The notes: generated by a model not told the origin, from the letters alone. Counted from the first letter of the whole stretch, positions 12,830 through 24,829 are shown. The stretch is DNA of 63,421 bases, filler included, from Octopus bimaculoides (GCF_001194135.2; 4 parts of 4 records of this genome joined end to end with filler, not necessarily neighbours in it); one strand, 5' to 3'. Program-made: numbers and translations.

Positions 12830-13880
12830 CAGTTTTGGAACGGAAATATGAAATAACATGTTCTTAGCTTTTTTGAATTTCAAATAACATAATCTTATCT
12901 TTCCAGTCTTTCAAACAAAGTATTGGTGTTTGTTTTTTTTGGTACCCAGGTATGTTTATATTATCTCATCATGTTTCATAAATTCCTAAAGCTGATGAGA
13001 GTTTGCAATTTTTCTTCCAGTAAGTTTGTATTCAATGTATGCTCAAATATGTTCAGAGGGTTTCAATCTATAACATAATTTTCAAGATTTTCTCCTCAAG
13101 CAGTGTTTTTGCAGTTCTTGCAGTATGGGCATGAGAATTGTCTTGCTGAGGAATGCCTTTTGCTTCTTCCAGCGGAAAATAGTTTTTGCAGGCTGGAAAG
13201 TAAAACTTTGCTTTACAGTTTTAAATATTCCTTGGTAGTAATTGATATTTCGCACCCTACAAGCTCACCAACATCTGCACATCATACCATGCTTCAATGC
13301 GACTCACTCGTTGAAATACATTCAGGGTGGAATCTGTCCAGGCTGTAAGAAGATAATGTTCCAGAGTATCACTATGAAACTAAAATCTTGGTTCATTTCT
13401 CCAGAGGGCTTTCATAAATCTGATTGAATCAGTGTTACCATTACTTAGCCAAAAGTGAAATCTATCCTTAATGATTTTCTTAGTCATCTTTTTGGGATAA
13501 ACCTGGCGTCTTAAAACTTTCTTGTAATGGTCTTTCTAGAAACAATATTGCTTTCAGCAGTTCTAAGTCATTGTCAGTTTCTGCAGACTTAACCTTCTTT
13601 TCTGAATAACTAAGAATTCCAGTTTTCTGTCATCTGCATTTGTGCACTTGCAGTAATTCCATGTCAGCCAAATTCTTTTTCCTTTGAAGTAGAATCAGTT
13701 TTTCGAAGTGAAGAGCTTTTCTCTTCAAAGTAGACAGAAAAAATAAGGACATTCTTTACCAGCTTTCAGTAGTGGATTTCAGAATACGTGCTTGTTTCAC
13801 GAAGAATAGTAATTCAATTGTTAATAGCTATAACAACATCGAATTTCTTTTTCTTTGAAAGCATATCCAACACAAAAGAA
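12830..13880 (-). mobile_element. Decayed Tc1-like transposase
   Basis: Minus strand reads QQDNSHAHTARTAKTLLE and NPSEHI*AYIEYKLTGRKIANSHQL*EF (Trp codons mutated to stops). Also VSRKTITRKF. A TA-CAGT left end is present at 12828. Confidence 0.75.
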
Positions 13881-15216
13881 TAAAAGTGACTTGATCTGGC
13901 TGTTCTAGTTGTAATTAAAGCAATTTACGTACAGATTTTGATTTAAACATTAAAAAATACTTCTTATACACTTCTGTTTGGGAGAAACCTAAAACTAAAC
14001 ATTTGACATTTTAAATACTTTGTTTTCAAATTAATTATCATAAAGAACGCAAGAAACAACCCTATTATCCATTTCTTTATACATTCAATTTTAATCAATT
14101 CCCTTTTACCTAAAATATTATCCACAATCGACAATATTTTTTGGATAAACAAAATTAATTCAAATTTTTCTTCATAAAATCTCTGCAATAGTTTTATATA
14201 ACAAGTGCTTCTTTAAAATGCTATTAAGAGTGTGTGGAGGAAGTATTGCAGAGTTTTGAGCAAATAACCTATTTATATTGCAATGTGCACCACTTTTGTT
14301 TGATTAAACCTGACGAGAAGGAAATATATCTTTGTTTCAAGCAGCGAAGATATCTTACTCTACACGGTTTTCATTGAAGACACATTGTATAGAACAAGTA
14401 GTGTTTTTCTTGAACTGCTCTTAACTTTTATTATGAATCTTTTTTCATATTATATAGGTCACCATTAGACTAATTTTTCAGTATTTCCTACTCCATATTA
14501 AAACGAACATTTAATATATGTGTTTGTAATAAACATTTACAAAACTTTTATTACAAACACATGTTTTAAGTTCAAGAGTTTCACAGAATGGTTTTTGCAG
14601 ACGCAGATCACCATCAGTTTCCTCAGACTCTGTTTTCACTTGTAAACATTAGATGGGAAGAGAATATTTGTTGAGAGTAGTTGATAATATTGTTATCGTT
14701 GTTTAGGTCAGTTATGCTTGACTGAGCAAGCCTATGATCAAAGGCAATCTAGCAACGATAATCCCACTCTAATCCAGATATTTTGCACTTAGAACTATAA
14801 TATTCAATGTCTTATTCTAAATTACGCGATATGCGTTGAGGAAGAAATTTGTTTACTACTTCTAGCAAAAAGTTGAGTTATCACTTATCAAACCCTAGAT
14901 TATTTATTTTAGATAACAAAAGCAGCGTGTGAAATGTTTTAGTTGAAAAGTACACGTTATCTTCTCATTCTTGTATTAATGATTTTCGAAATTCTTTAGA
15001 AGTGGTATAGCTTGGAGAGAGCATAACAGTAGATATCTCTAAAACCAACCCAATTCTTGAGTGAGTAGCCAATTTATTAATATTGCAAGAGATATATTAC
15101 ATTCAACAAGTTCTCGTATATTCTATTTTTTTTTCATATTTCTGATTGCTTACAGTGTTTTTAAAATTGCATTCATTTTGCACTTCAATTATCTAGAAAC
15201 TAATACATACATACAT

Positions 15217-15247
<31 letters not shown>

Positions 15248-15319
15248 TACATACATTCATACATACATACATGCATACATACATACATACATACATACAT
15301 GTATGTATACATATACATA

Positions 15320-15725
15320 CATGCGGAAAAAGGATGCTCTGTTATGGAAGTCAGCTGCCTTTTGGACACTAATGTTATTAGAAACATGAGGAAGAGAACA
15401 TGTGGCGACCATTGATAAGGAGTTTGCAAATCTAGTACCAAAGAGACACTTTCAGCTTCATACCTATTATTATTGGTGCTACGGGATACATGCCAACCCG
15501 TCTGGAGCAAAGTATGGCTGAACTTGGATTCTTGGGGGAGAGAACGCAAATCCTCAATTCATACGCTATAAATGATCACGATGACTGGGATTATAAAAGA
15601 GTCAGTAAAACCTTCTTAAGATTTAAAGGATGATGAACAAAAGATGCTTTCCTTCATAACCTTGCTATCAGACAGATGACCGGTCACAACTTATTCTAAA
15701 TTAAAAAAGTGAAAGACATAGAGAA
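15320..15725 (+). mobile_element. R4/Dong-clade non-LTR element, 3' fragment
   Basis: EVSCPLD-like segment and FIPIIIGATGY from the restriction-like endonuclease C-terminus. Flanked by (ACAT)n. Confidence 0.7.
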
Positions 15726-15788
15726 CATCCATACAAACATACATACATAGTTAGATAGACAAACTAGCCGACAGACAGACAGACAGAC

Positions 15789-15842
<54 letters not shown>

Positions 15843-16537
15843 GTAGACATATAACCAGATAGATAGGAGTGTGTGTTTTTAGTGAGAATTGAACACCGTC
15901 ATTAGACCTTAAACATTTTTCGCTGTGGCAAGAAAATATGATTGATCTGATGAATCTGAACATGTTTAAAATATGTAGAAACAGGGTAAACACACGTTCA
16001 CAAGATTTACCTTACGATTCCAATTATCTTAAAAACGTTTGCTTGCACCGTTATGCAAATTAGGTAGCTCAATTTATTTCTAATGGAATTCACATATACT
16101 AGAAAAAATAAGTAGAAGCTAATATTCTCTGTGGACAAGAAGTGAGTAATTGATTCCTGATGAGACATTGATAAATGCTGAAAGTAATCAGAGCGATGCC
16201 ATTTCCTAACTGCACAGAGAAAAGCTTTTAGTTTAACTGCACTGTCGTCTAATTTTTCACAGTGAGTCAAGATGTGTGTTTTAAAACACTCGCAAGTTTC
16301 CTGACATTTCTACTTACCTTATCGGTGTGTAGTGTGGCTATTAGTTAATTTATTCATTTTGCCAACTCTTATACTGTTATGCAAATTTGTCTCAAAGTAA
16401 TTAAGTTTTGTCTTAGGGTGCATGTACTTTATAGCTATTATAAGCAACAATTCCCTCTGTGCACGAGGAGTGGCCGATCTCTTAAGAGGTCTTTAGAAAT
16501 GCTGTATTTGATCACTTTGATAATTTTTCTTGGCAAC

Positions 16538-16583
<46 letters not shown>

Positions 16584-17694
16584 AGGAAAAGAGGGAGACA
16601 GAAAGAGAGAGAGAAAAGGAGGGAGAGAGAAAATGAGGGAGAGAGAAAAGGAGGGAGAGAAAAAAGGAGAGAGAGACAGAGAGAAAGAGAGTGAGAGAAA
16701 GAAAGCGAGGAAGGAGGGATAGGGGAAATAGTAATTTAATGGTGTCATCATTTACACAGCGAGAAGTTAGATGTGTTTAAAAACTCACGCGTGAATATTC
16801 AAGTTACACTTTCGCCTCATCTATCTATCTATGTATCTATCTATCTATCTATCTATCTATCTAAAGTTTAGCAGAGAAATGAGAGAAAAGCACTCGAAAC
16901 ATAGTTTCCTTTTCGTTTGAGGCGCAAGGAAGTGGGTCATGTATGCGTGCAAATCGTGAGAGGCAGGTGGTGAACAACGGAAGTTCACATCGTTCGACCT
17001 TTTGTCTGTCTGACAGAAACAGATAGTCTGTGGTTGTTACCATAACCTACACAATTAATTGAGCACAGCATAGCTGACACTGATTTATGATAGGAATGCT
17101 GGCACTATAGCCGCCATCCCTGCTATTGGGATTATCAATGTTATTACGATTGCTCTTATTCATGTCATTGTCATGGTTGTATCCACTTAAATATAGTAAA
17201 GCGGGGCTTCGAAACGCTTTGATCGGTTTGTTTATTTCATACTGCATTATACTACTGATGTTGTGAATTTTCACAACGTGTATGCTTATTGAATATTTAA
17301 CGCCAGTTGTATTTTTTGCTATACACAGAAGTAATTTTTAGCAAGATTATATAATGTTTCAACAGGTAATTATGTAATCCTGGTAGTAATTTAACGAGAG
17401 GTGTGTAAATTTTATGAAGCACAGAATACTATATATGTTTTCCGTATTACATTTATATAATGCTCTATGTATGTATGTATGTATGTATGTATGTATTCAG
17501 TTTATTTCAAGATTTCTTGCCAATAGAAAAAGAACCGGTTTCTAACATAGATCCAAGGCTCCTTCATTGAAATTTCAACATCATCAAGGTATTTCTACAT
17601 GTATGTATGTATGTATGTATGTATGTATGTATGTATGTATGTATGCATGTATGCATGTATGCATCTATGTATGTATGTATGTATGTATTCTCAT

Positions 17695-18450
17695 GCATAT
17701 AGTTGCATATCTAGACAAGCTCATATATGTTTAAATGAAAAACTTCTGGAAAGTTTTGCAGATTTTTACAGTTCCAGTGATGGATTGGATCTATAGTCTT
17801 CGAATTAGCTTTCTCCTTTCTGGTTTTGAGAAGCCTAATTTCTCAAGATTGGTATTTAGGCAGTGTGTTACATATCCCAGGGCCCCAATAATTAGAGGTA
17901 TAAACCTGAACTTGTAATAGTTCAGCATGTGTTCTCTTTTTCCCTGATCTTCAACTTTATGTTAACATCCGCTGGGCAGCTAATTTCCACAATTGTGCAG
18001 TTTCTCTTCTCTATCCCAAATCATTATATCAGGTTTGTTGTGCTTACATTTTATTGAGGTTTTCACTGGTACATTTCACCAATATTCCTTTTTATTATGA
18101 CTGGCTGTGGCTTCTACCATATTGTGGGTTCTTATTTCTTTGTCCTCGGGATTATCCTTTCGACGGATTTCATTATAGAGTGTCCTAGCTACAACGTCAT
18201 GTCTCATCGATAGATAATACCGTGGTGACCTTTTCGGACAACTACTTATGATGTGGGTGATATCTTGAGTGTGAACTCCACAAAGTCTGCATCGGTTGTC
18301 ACACTTTACGGCTTTACCTGCATCTCTATCCCTTTTGTGCATCAAGTACTTGGTTGATATTTCCTGTTCCTGGATTGCAAACGCATACTCTTCAAAGTGG
18401 GAGGTAGTAGTCCGGTTATACGTCCATGATAAACTGCTTTGATGAGCGAT
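17695..18450 (-). mobile_element. R4/Dong-clade non-LTR element, 3' fragment (CCHC finger + PD-(D/E)xK endonuclease)
   Basis: RCRLCGVHTQDITHIISSCP...RHDVVA, then KHNKPDIMIWDREEKLCTIVEISCPAD. Confidence 0.85.
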
Positions 18451-18464
18451 GTTACTATCATCAC

Positions 18465-18530
<66 letters not shown>

Positions 18531-19748
18531 CTGTCTGTATATATGTATGTATGTATGCATGTATGTGTATTTAACACGTTGGTGTACACATGGACGCGGA
18601 ACAACCTTCTCTGTGAAAATTACCTCGGGTGTAAAATTCCCCTTGTTGATAATGTGTGTAGAGACACAACGCTGGACTACAAATAACGTCATGGGGTCGG
18701 TGTTTCTATCTCGTTACGCGTCATCAGCTATGAAACTGAGTTTATGGTTCACAGCCCACTAAGAAACAATCATTCTTATATTAAAACAGCAAACTGTACA
18801 TTTGCTATGTGCACAAGGCTTAATAAAGCTGGAATTCATTAAGTAGAGGCGATCCAAACAGCATTAACTGAAATATATGCGTGTGCAAGCCCGTATATTT
18901 AACGCGTTCACAGTCCGGTAATGCGTGGTCACATACCTTATCTATAAGGACAATTTCCATAGCTCTTTCCACGTCCAAGTGTGTGTACGAGTGTATATGT
19001 ATGTGTGTATATGTGTACACACGCACATACACACATGCACACACATGCACACGCATGCACGCGCGAACACACATAAATGTGTGTGTGCGTGTGTTTACAC
19101 ACATATATAATGTTTTAATTAATTAAGCTACGATCATAGAAGAGCTACATCTTCGTTGTTGACGGTTCTAAGTTTGGGTTAAAATTCTTTCATGTATAAC
19201 CTTGGGTATATGATTCTACATGCTTAATATCGCTAGTTGGTGTACCAGCAAGTTTATGGAAGCTACTCTGAAGTAAGTGTATATGGGCATCCTTTAAAAT
19301 TATCTGTGGAAACTTTGGTTGTTTCTTAATCTTTTCAGATGACATTTATATAGCCGCGTGCCTATAAATATCAAATTGTTACAGTATTGGTTTCTGATAC
19401 GATGTGATGAAGGAGATTCGGGGATCTGTCAGTTCTTCCCATTATTCTTGTACAGGATCGATACAGTAAGTACCAATTAAGTATTAGGATCGATTCAATC
19501 GAATACAGTAACCTCCTCTCAGGATGTGTGGTTTTTGTGCCAATAAAAGAAATAATTGAATATTAAGACGGTGGATTGGCACAAACGGTATGTGTGACAG
19601 AGTCTGTATTTAGTTAAATTCTTGTATATTCTGTGATCAATTCCTGTCGAGGTAAACTTTGCCCCTTTCATTATTCCAAAGTCGGTTAAATCAGTACTAC
19701 TTAAGTACTGTAGTTGAAACAAGCTTTTTGAACATGTGCCTATGTTAG

Positions 19749-19802
<54 letters not shown>

Positions 19803-19849
19803 ACAACAACATTATTCATATACACACAGCAGATTACAATAAGTAACCT

Positions 19850-20004
19850 TAGATCGAGTTACAATAAGTAACCTTAGATGCCAAGAATCCTCCTAAGTAT
19901 CCTAGCTGTCCCTAATAACACTATTTTCTGTAGCTGTGCTAAACTGGGTTTTATGCCTATTTCCTCTATCTATCTATTAAGAAACTATAGGTATATTCAG
20001 TCAG

Positions 20005-20005
<1 letters not shown>
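19850..20005 (-). mobile_element. Dong-like element, extreme 3' end
   Basis: EIGIKPSLAQLQKIVLLGTARILRRILGI*. Confidence 0.7.
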
Positions 20006-20056
<51 letters not shown>

Positions 20057-20064
20057 GTATTATT

Positions 20065-20479
20065 CAGTAGTTTTATTTTTATAACGTGCTTTTACTTCAC
20101 TACCGAGCGCAGCCCTGTGTGCCTTGGGTATGTACTGTGGTTTGCTGTGATGCTCTTATGGTTACTGTATTGAAAGTGTTTTGCGTAGGATGTGTGCAGT
20201 GCCCAGTAGTGCAATTTTCTGTATGTTGTATATATTTGTAAGTCCTGGTGTTTTTGTCATGTATTTGTCTGAATATTTTTTATCATACCTAATGCGCCCA
20301 CTATGATAGGAATTGTTTCTGTTTTTAGATTCCACATTCGAGTTATTTCCAGATCTTTGTATTTTGAAAGTTTCTCCATTTCTTTCAGAGAAACGTTGTC
20401 ATCTGCTGGTATTGATACATCAATTAGAAAGCATTTCTTTTCTTCATGATCTCTGACAACTATATCTGACCTATTGGCC

Positions 20480-20482
<3 letters not shown>
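20065..20482 (-). mobile_element. Dong-like element, 3' fragment
   Basis: KANRSDIVVRDHEEKKCFLIDVSIPADDNVSLKEMEKLSKYKDLEI...IPIIVGALG, bounded by (TAA)n. Confidence 0.85.
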
Positions 20483-20539
<57 letters not shown>

Positions 20540-20589
20540 GACGTCACACAGTATACAATATCGTGAGGTTGCTGATTGAAGATATTGTG

Positions 20590-21118
20590 TTTACCGGGGG
20601 TTTGTACTGTTTGCCAACAAAGCCCTCAGACAGACTGCTTTACGCAATATATATGCAATTCCAAGTAATGCCAACTTTTGCAATACATCTAGATTGTAGA
20701 GTATTTCTAAAATTTTCAGATGTTTTTTCTGATTTGGTGGCATTGAGCCCAATGCTCCGATGACAATAGGGATAACCTTTATATTTGACTCTTGTAGCTG
20801 CCACATCTTAGCGATCTCGATTCTCAGGTCTCCATATTTATCAATCTTTTCTCTTTCTTTCATGATAATATGTTGATCTCCTAGCGCTGCTACGTCGATT
20901 ATTAGACACTCTTAATTGTCCCTCCTAATGGTTATTATATCCGGTCTTCGGTACTCTAATACCTTGACTGTATGGAAGTCAAAGTCCCAGAAGATTTTTG
21001 CCTTCCCCTTTTCGTCCATTACCTTTTCCGGAGTATGTAACCTCATATCCATATTTACGGCATAGTAGCCAGTGGTGGTTTTGGGCTACCTTGTCGTGTC
21101 TACGCTTGTACTCTTTCT
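20590..21118 (-). mobile_element. Dong-like element, 3' fragment from a different family
   Basis: KIFWDFDFHT...RRPDIT...KEREKIDKYGDLRIEIAKMW...VIPIVIGALG...LQKLALLGIAYILRK, bounded by (TAA)n on its 5' side. Confidence 0.85.
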
Positions 21119-21128
21119 GTTGTTGTTG

Positions 21129-21204
<76 letters not shown>

Positions 21205-21227
21205 CATCATTATTATTATTATTATTA

Positions 21228-21301
<74 letters not shown>

Positions 21302-22088
21302 ATACAGTTCTATATTTAAGAGATGAGGAATTATGTACATTATTTACATTATTTACATTTGACGGATANNNNNNNNNNNNNNNNNNNNNNNNNNNNNNNN
21401 NNNNNNNNNNNNNNNNNNNNNNNNNNNNNNNNNNNNNNNNNNNNNNNNNNNNNNNNNNNNNNNNNNNNNNNNNNNNNNNNNNNNNNNNNNNNNNNNNNNN
21501 NNNNNNNNNNNNNNNNNNNNNNNNNNNNNNNNNNNNNNNNNNNNNNNNNNNNNNNNNNNNNNNNNNNNNNNNNNNNNNNNNNNNNNNNNNNNNNNNNNNN
21601 NNNNNNNNNNNNNNNNNNNNNNNNNNNNNNNNNNNNNNNNNNNNNNNNNNNNNNNNNNNNNNNNNNNNNNNNNNNNNNNNNNNNNNNNNNNNNNNNNNNN
21701 NNNNNNNNNNNNNNNNNNNNNNNNNNNNNNNNNNNNNNNNNNNNNNNNNNNNNNNNNNNNNNNNNNNNNNNNNNNNNNNNNNNNNNNNNNNNNNNNNNNN
21801 NNNNNNNNNNNNNNNNNNNNNNNNNNNNNNNNNNNNNNNNNNNNNNNNNNNNNNNNNNNNNNNNNNNNNNNNNNNNNNNNNNNNNATGGAGACCACCTCC
21901 CCCTGTGGGATGAAGTTAAAATAATAGATAGAGAACACCACTGGAAAATACGAAAACTAAAAGAAGCAGCACATATGCTAGGACACAACAATCTCCTAAG
22001 CAGACCGAGTGCAGATATGAACAGCATATGGGAACCGGTATTAAGGAAGTATAGGAAAATATTAGATTTATAAGCCATAAAAATTCAC

Positions 22089-22160
22089 GGGCATATAGTG
22101 TAGTGGTTAAGAGCTCGGGCCACTAACCCCAAGATTCCGAGTTCGATTCTAGGCATTGAT
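22089..22160 (+). ncRNA. tRNA-like module with Pol III A and B boxes
   Basis: A box TAGTGTAGTGG at 22096-22106, B box GAGTTCGATTCT at 22139-22150, T-arm CCGAG TTCGATT CTAGG. Acceptor stem is not convincing, so this is not a functional tRNA. Confidence 0.75.
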
Positions 22161-22246
22161 TTGCTGAATAATAATAATAATAATAACAACAACATCGAAA
22201 AATACCTTAGGAATGAGAACGCAGGTTCGAAATTTCATCAAGACAC

Positions 22247-22282
22247 CTGATAAAGGCTGGAGGGTATATCAGCTGAAACGTT
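22247..22282 (+). ncRNA. Degenerate hammerhead-like motif
   Basis: CTGATAA (G8 to A), extra A, GGCTG-loop-CAGCT, GAAA, CGTT with palindromic ACGT. Confidence 0.55.
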
Positions 22283-22553
22283 AACAACAAAGATGAGGAC
22301 AAATATCCGTCAAATGTACATAATGTTTTCATTATTATTATTATTATTATTACTAGCATACCCGTGACAAAAAATCCGACAATTTTATTAATGAAAGAAA
22401 AATGGCACATCACATCAACACAATGGGGTAAAACTATTAATAATTGCCAGCAATCTCGTAAATATATACATATACACTTGAAGAATAAGATGTAAGGTCT
22501 CGGTTGAAAATATCACGCACATAATGTATATTTGTGTATACACAAACACACAT

Positions 22554-22655
<102 letters not shown>

Positions 22656-22679
22656 GTGTTTTTCTCCTTGTCTCCGTAT

Positions 22680-22716
22680 TCTTTCTGTTGAAGAGCGTAG
22701 CTCGAAACGTCAAAGA
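22680..22716 (+). ncRNA. Minimal type I hammerhead-like motif
   Basis: TCTTT-CTGTTGA-A-GAGC GTA GCTC-GAAA-CGTC-AAAGA. Has a 5-bp helix I, 4-bp stem II, palindromic ACGT helix III and a GUC triplet. A6 is replaced by U. Confidence 0.6.
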
Positions 22717-23385
22717 CTTTCCGTATTCCCGAGCGTCATACTAATATATACTTTTGTTATTTACACCACATGTCCTCGTCTGTTGTTATTATTTGTATAT
22801 TCTCCCATATATATATATATATACATATATATATGACAATTAATGTGAGGAATGACCACTAAAGTGGATTCCTATACGCTAGACGTCAAATCGTCTTACC
22901 ACAAAGAGTGTGTCTCAAGAAAAAAAACTCAGCAAACGCTAAAATGTAAAAAATAAACAAGGCAAATGAAAATTTACAAGATAAAACGATTACCTACGTA
23001 TCATGATTTCATTATTAATACTTGCAAAATGAAAAATGCAAGTATCTGTAATTCCTAACATAGCCTGTCGTATTTCAAAACATATTTCACAGAACTATAC
23101 ACAGAAACGTTTTCCCGAAAGAAAACTCATATACAGTTCTACAAAATATATCTTTAGCGTGCTAGTGCTGGAAATAACCCAGCAGCTAATAAACTACCGC
23201 AGTTAATTTACCGGTCTGAGAACATTGCTATTTTAAATTAGAATAATGAGGGTAGAAATTGATATCAATCAATTAACATCAATTTAAACCAGTGGTCTAG
23301 CATATTTAAAAATATCCGAAGATTTAAAAATTTACATTACAATTAATAAGAGGAATGACCACTAAAGTGGATTCCTATATTTTTT

Positions 23386-23960
23386 TGTTAAGGCTGTTAG
23401 TAAGTTTTCCTAAGTTACTCCAATCCGGATCCCCAATGCAAATCTTCGGATCAACCTTCTCCGATGCAGATCTCTAATGCAACCTTATCCAATCCAAATC
23501 TTTGAGTCAACCTTCTTCACTGTAGATCTCCAATGCAAACCCTCGATGCATCCTTATCCAGTGCAAACCTTCGATGCAACCTTCTCCAGTGCAGACCTTC
23601 GATGCAGATCTCCGAAGGAACCGTTCCAATGCATATCTTCGATGTAGCTTTGACTGATAGTACTCCTAGAAGGGGTTAGGACTAGATCGGGATAAATCGC
23701 TGCCTTTTATAGGCTCCCGAGCCCCATTTCGCTAGGTTAGCTTAGGCTTAGGTTAAGGTTTAGTTGTGATCCGAACATAACCTCTTCTGACACAGAGGAT
23801 CGAGAGCCCTTTTGGGCGTTATATTTTCCTTGCCGGAAGGGTTCCCAACCCATGAGCCAAGGGGGTATTAGATGATGATGAGGGGTTTGAAAGGGCCGGC
23901 ATATGCAACCTGATCACTTCTGCCTGTCAAACTCCCAACCCATGCGTTCTCGTCGTGACA
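23386..23960 (-). mobile_element. Solo-LTR-like element with internal 28-bp tandem repeats
   Basis: TGTTA...TGACA termini, a minus-strand TATAAAAG near 23710, GC content above the flanks, and a GCAACCTTCTCCAGTGCAGACCTTCGAT-type array at 23430-23645. No TSD found. Confidence 0.5.
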
Positions 23961-24308
23961 CTGATTCTACAGAACTGGGCTAGGTGTGAAAACTAAGTAT
24001 ATAGATTTTTTGAATCAGCAATATTAAGTTCGGTTAAGTACTTTTTGGGGTGAAAAATCAATAAACAGATTCCTTATGGGGTTTTCCATTCAATCAGGAT
24101 GAAAAATCGATAAACCGATTCCTTATAGGATTTCTCACTAAAATTGGCTACACCCCATTTTCAACAATAACTTTTACTAATTTTGACGTATTTTGTTCAG
24201 ACTTTATGCAAGCGTTGCTTAGGACTTATAGGATCTTTGAATGCTTTAAGTTCTCAAAAAAAAANNNNNNNNNNNNNNNNNNNNNNNNNNNNNNNNNNNN
24301 NNNNNNNN

Positions 24309-24320
24309 TTAATTAATTAA
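24309..24320. other. Assembly linker TTAATTAATTAA inside an N gap (also at 34552-34563 and 57753-57764)
   Basis: Identical palindromic 12-mer with stops in all six frames, each time centred in about 100 nt of N padding. Confidence 0.9.
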
Positions 24321-24396
24321 NNNNNNNNNNNNNNNNNNNNNNNNNNNNNNNNNNNNNNNNNNNNTATATGTGTGTATATATACATCTGCACAGTGA

Positions 24397-24730
24397 AGGC
24401 GCATGGCTCAGTGGTTAGAGCTTCAAGCTTACAAACATGAGGTTGGGTTAGGGTTCGATTCCCGGACCGGGTTGCATGTTGTGTGCTTGAGCAAGACATT
24501 TTATTTCACGTTGCTCCAGTTCACTCAGCTGTAGAAATGAGTTACGACATCACTGGTGCCAAGCTGTACTGGTTATTACCTTTCCCTTGGATAACATCAG
24601 CGGTGTGGAGAGGGGAGTCTGATATGCATGGGTGACTGCTGGCCTTTGACAAACAACCTTAACTGGACTTGTGCCTCGGAGGGTAACTTTCTAGGTGCAA
24701 TCCCCTGGTCATGACCAAAGGGGGTCTCTT
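24397..24730 (+). mobile_element. tRNA-derived SINE
   Basis: GGCTCAGTGGTTAGAG and GGTTCGATTCCC boxes, followed by the CTTGAGCAAGAC...GCTCCAGTTCACTCAGCTG core. A partial copy lies at 55468-55625. Confidence 0.85.
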
Positions 24731-24762
24731 CTTCACATCTGCACATATATATGTGTGCATAT

Positions 24763-24829
<67 letters not shown>

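Larger units (their letters stand above)
21301..22328 (+). mobile_element. Penelope-like element remnant with inverted terminal (pseudo-LTR) copy, embedded in (TAT)n
   Basis: 21888-22060 encodes DHLPLWDEVKIIDREHHWKIRKLKEAAHMLG...RPSADMNSIWEPVLRK (GIY-YIG C-terminus). TATCCGTCAAATGTA at 22304-22318 matches the reverse complement of 21354-21368. The interior is partly a gap. Confidence 0.7.

Noticed and set aside
14310-14335. CTGACGA-GAAG-GAAATATATC hammerhead-like string
   Set aside because: No stem II closing pair and no convincing helix I; expected by chance.
16156-16190. CTGATGA...GAAA with a weak stem II
   Set aside because: Helices I and III do not pair.
22089-22160. Functional tRNA gene
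   Set aside because: Acceptor stem does not pair well. This and the other A/B-box hits are SINE-type heads.
23430-23645. CRISPR-like array
   Set aside because: Contiguous diverged tandem units with no unique spacers, in a eukaryotic context.
23735-23762. TTAGG-like repeats suggesting interstitial telomere
   Set aside because: Only a few degenerate units inside an LTR-like element.
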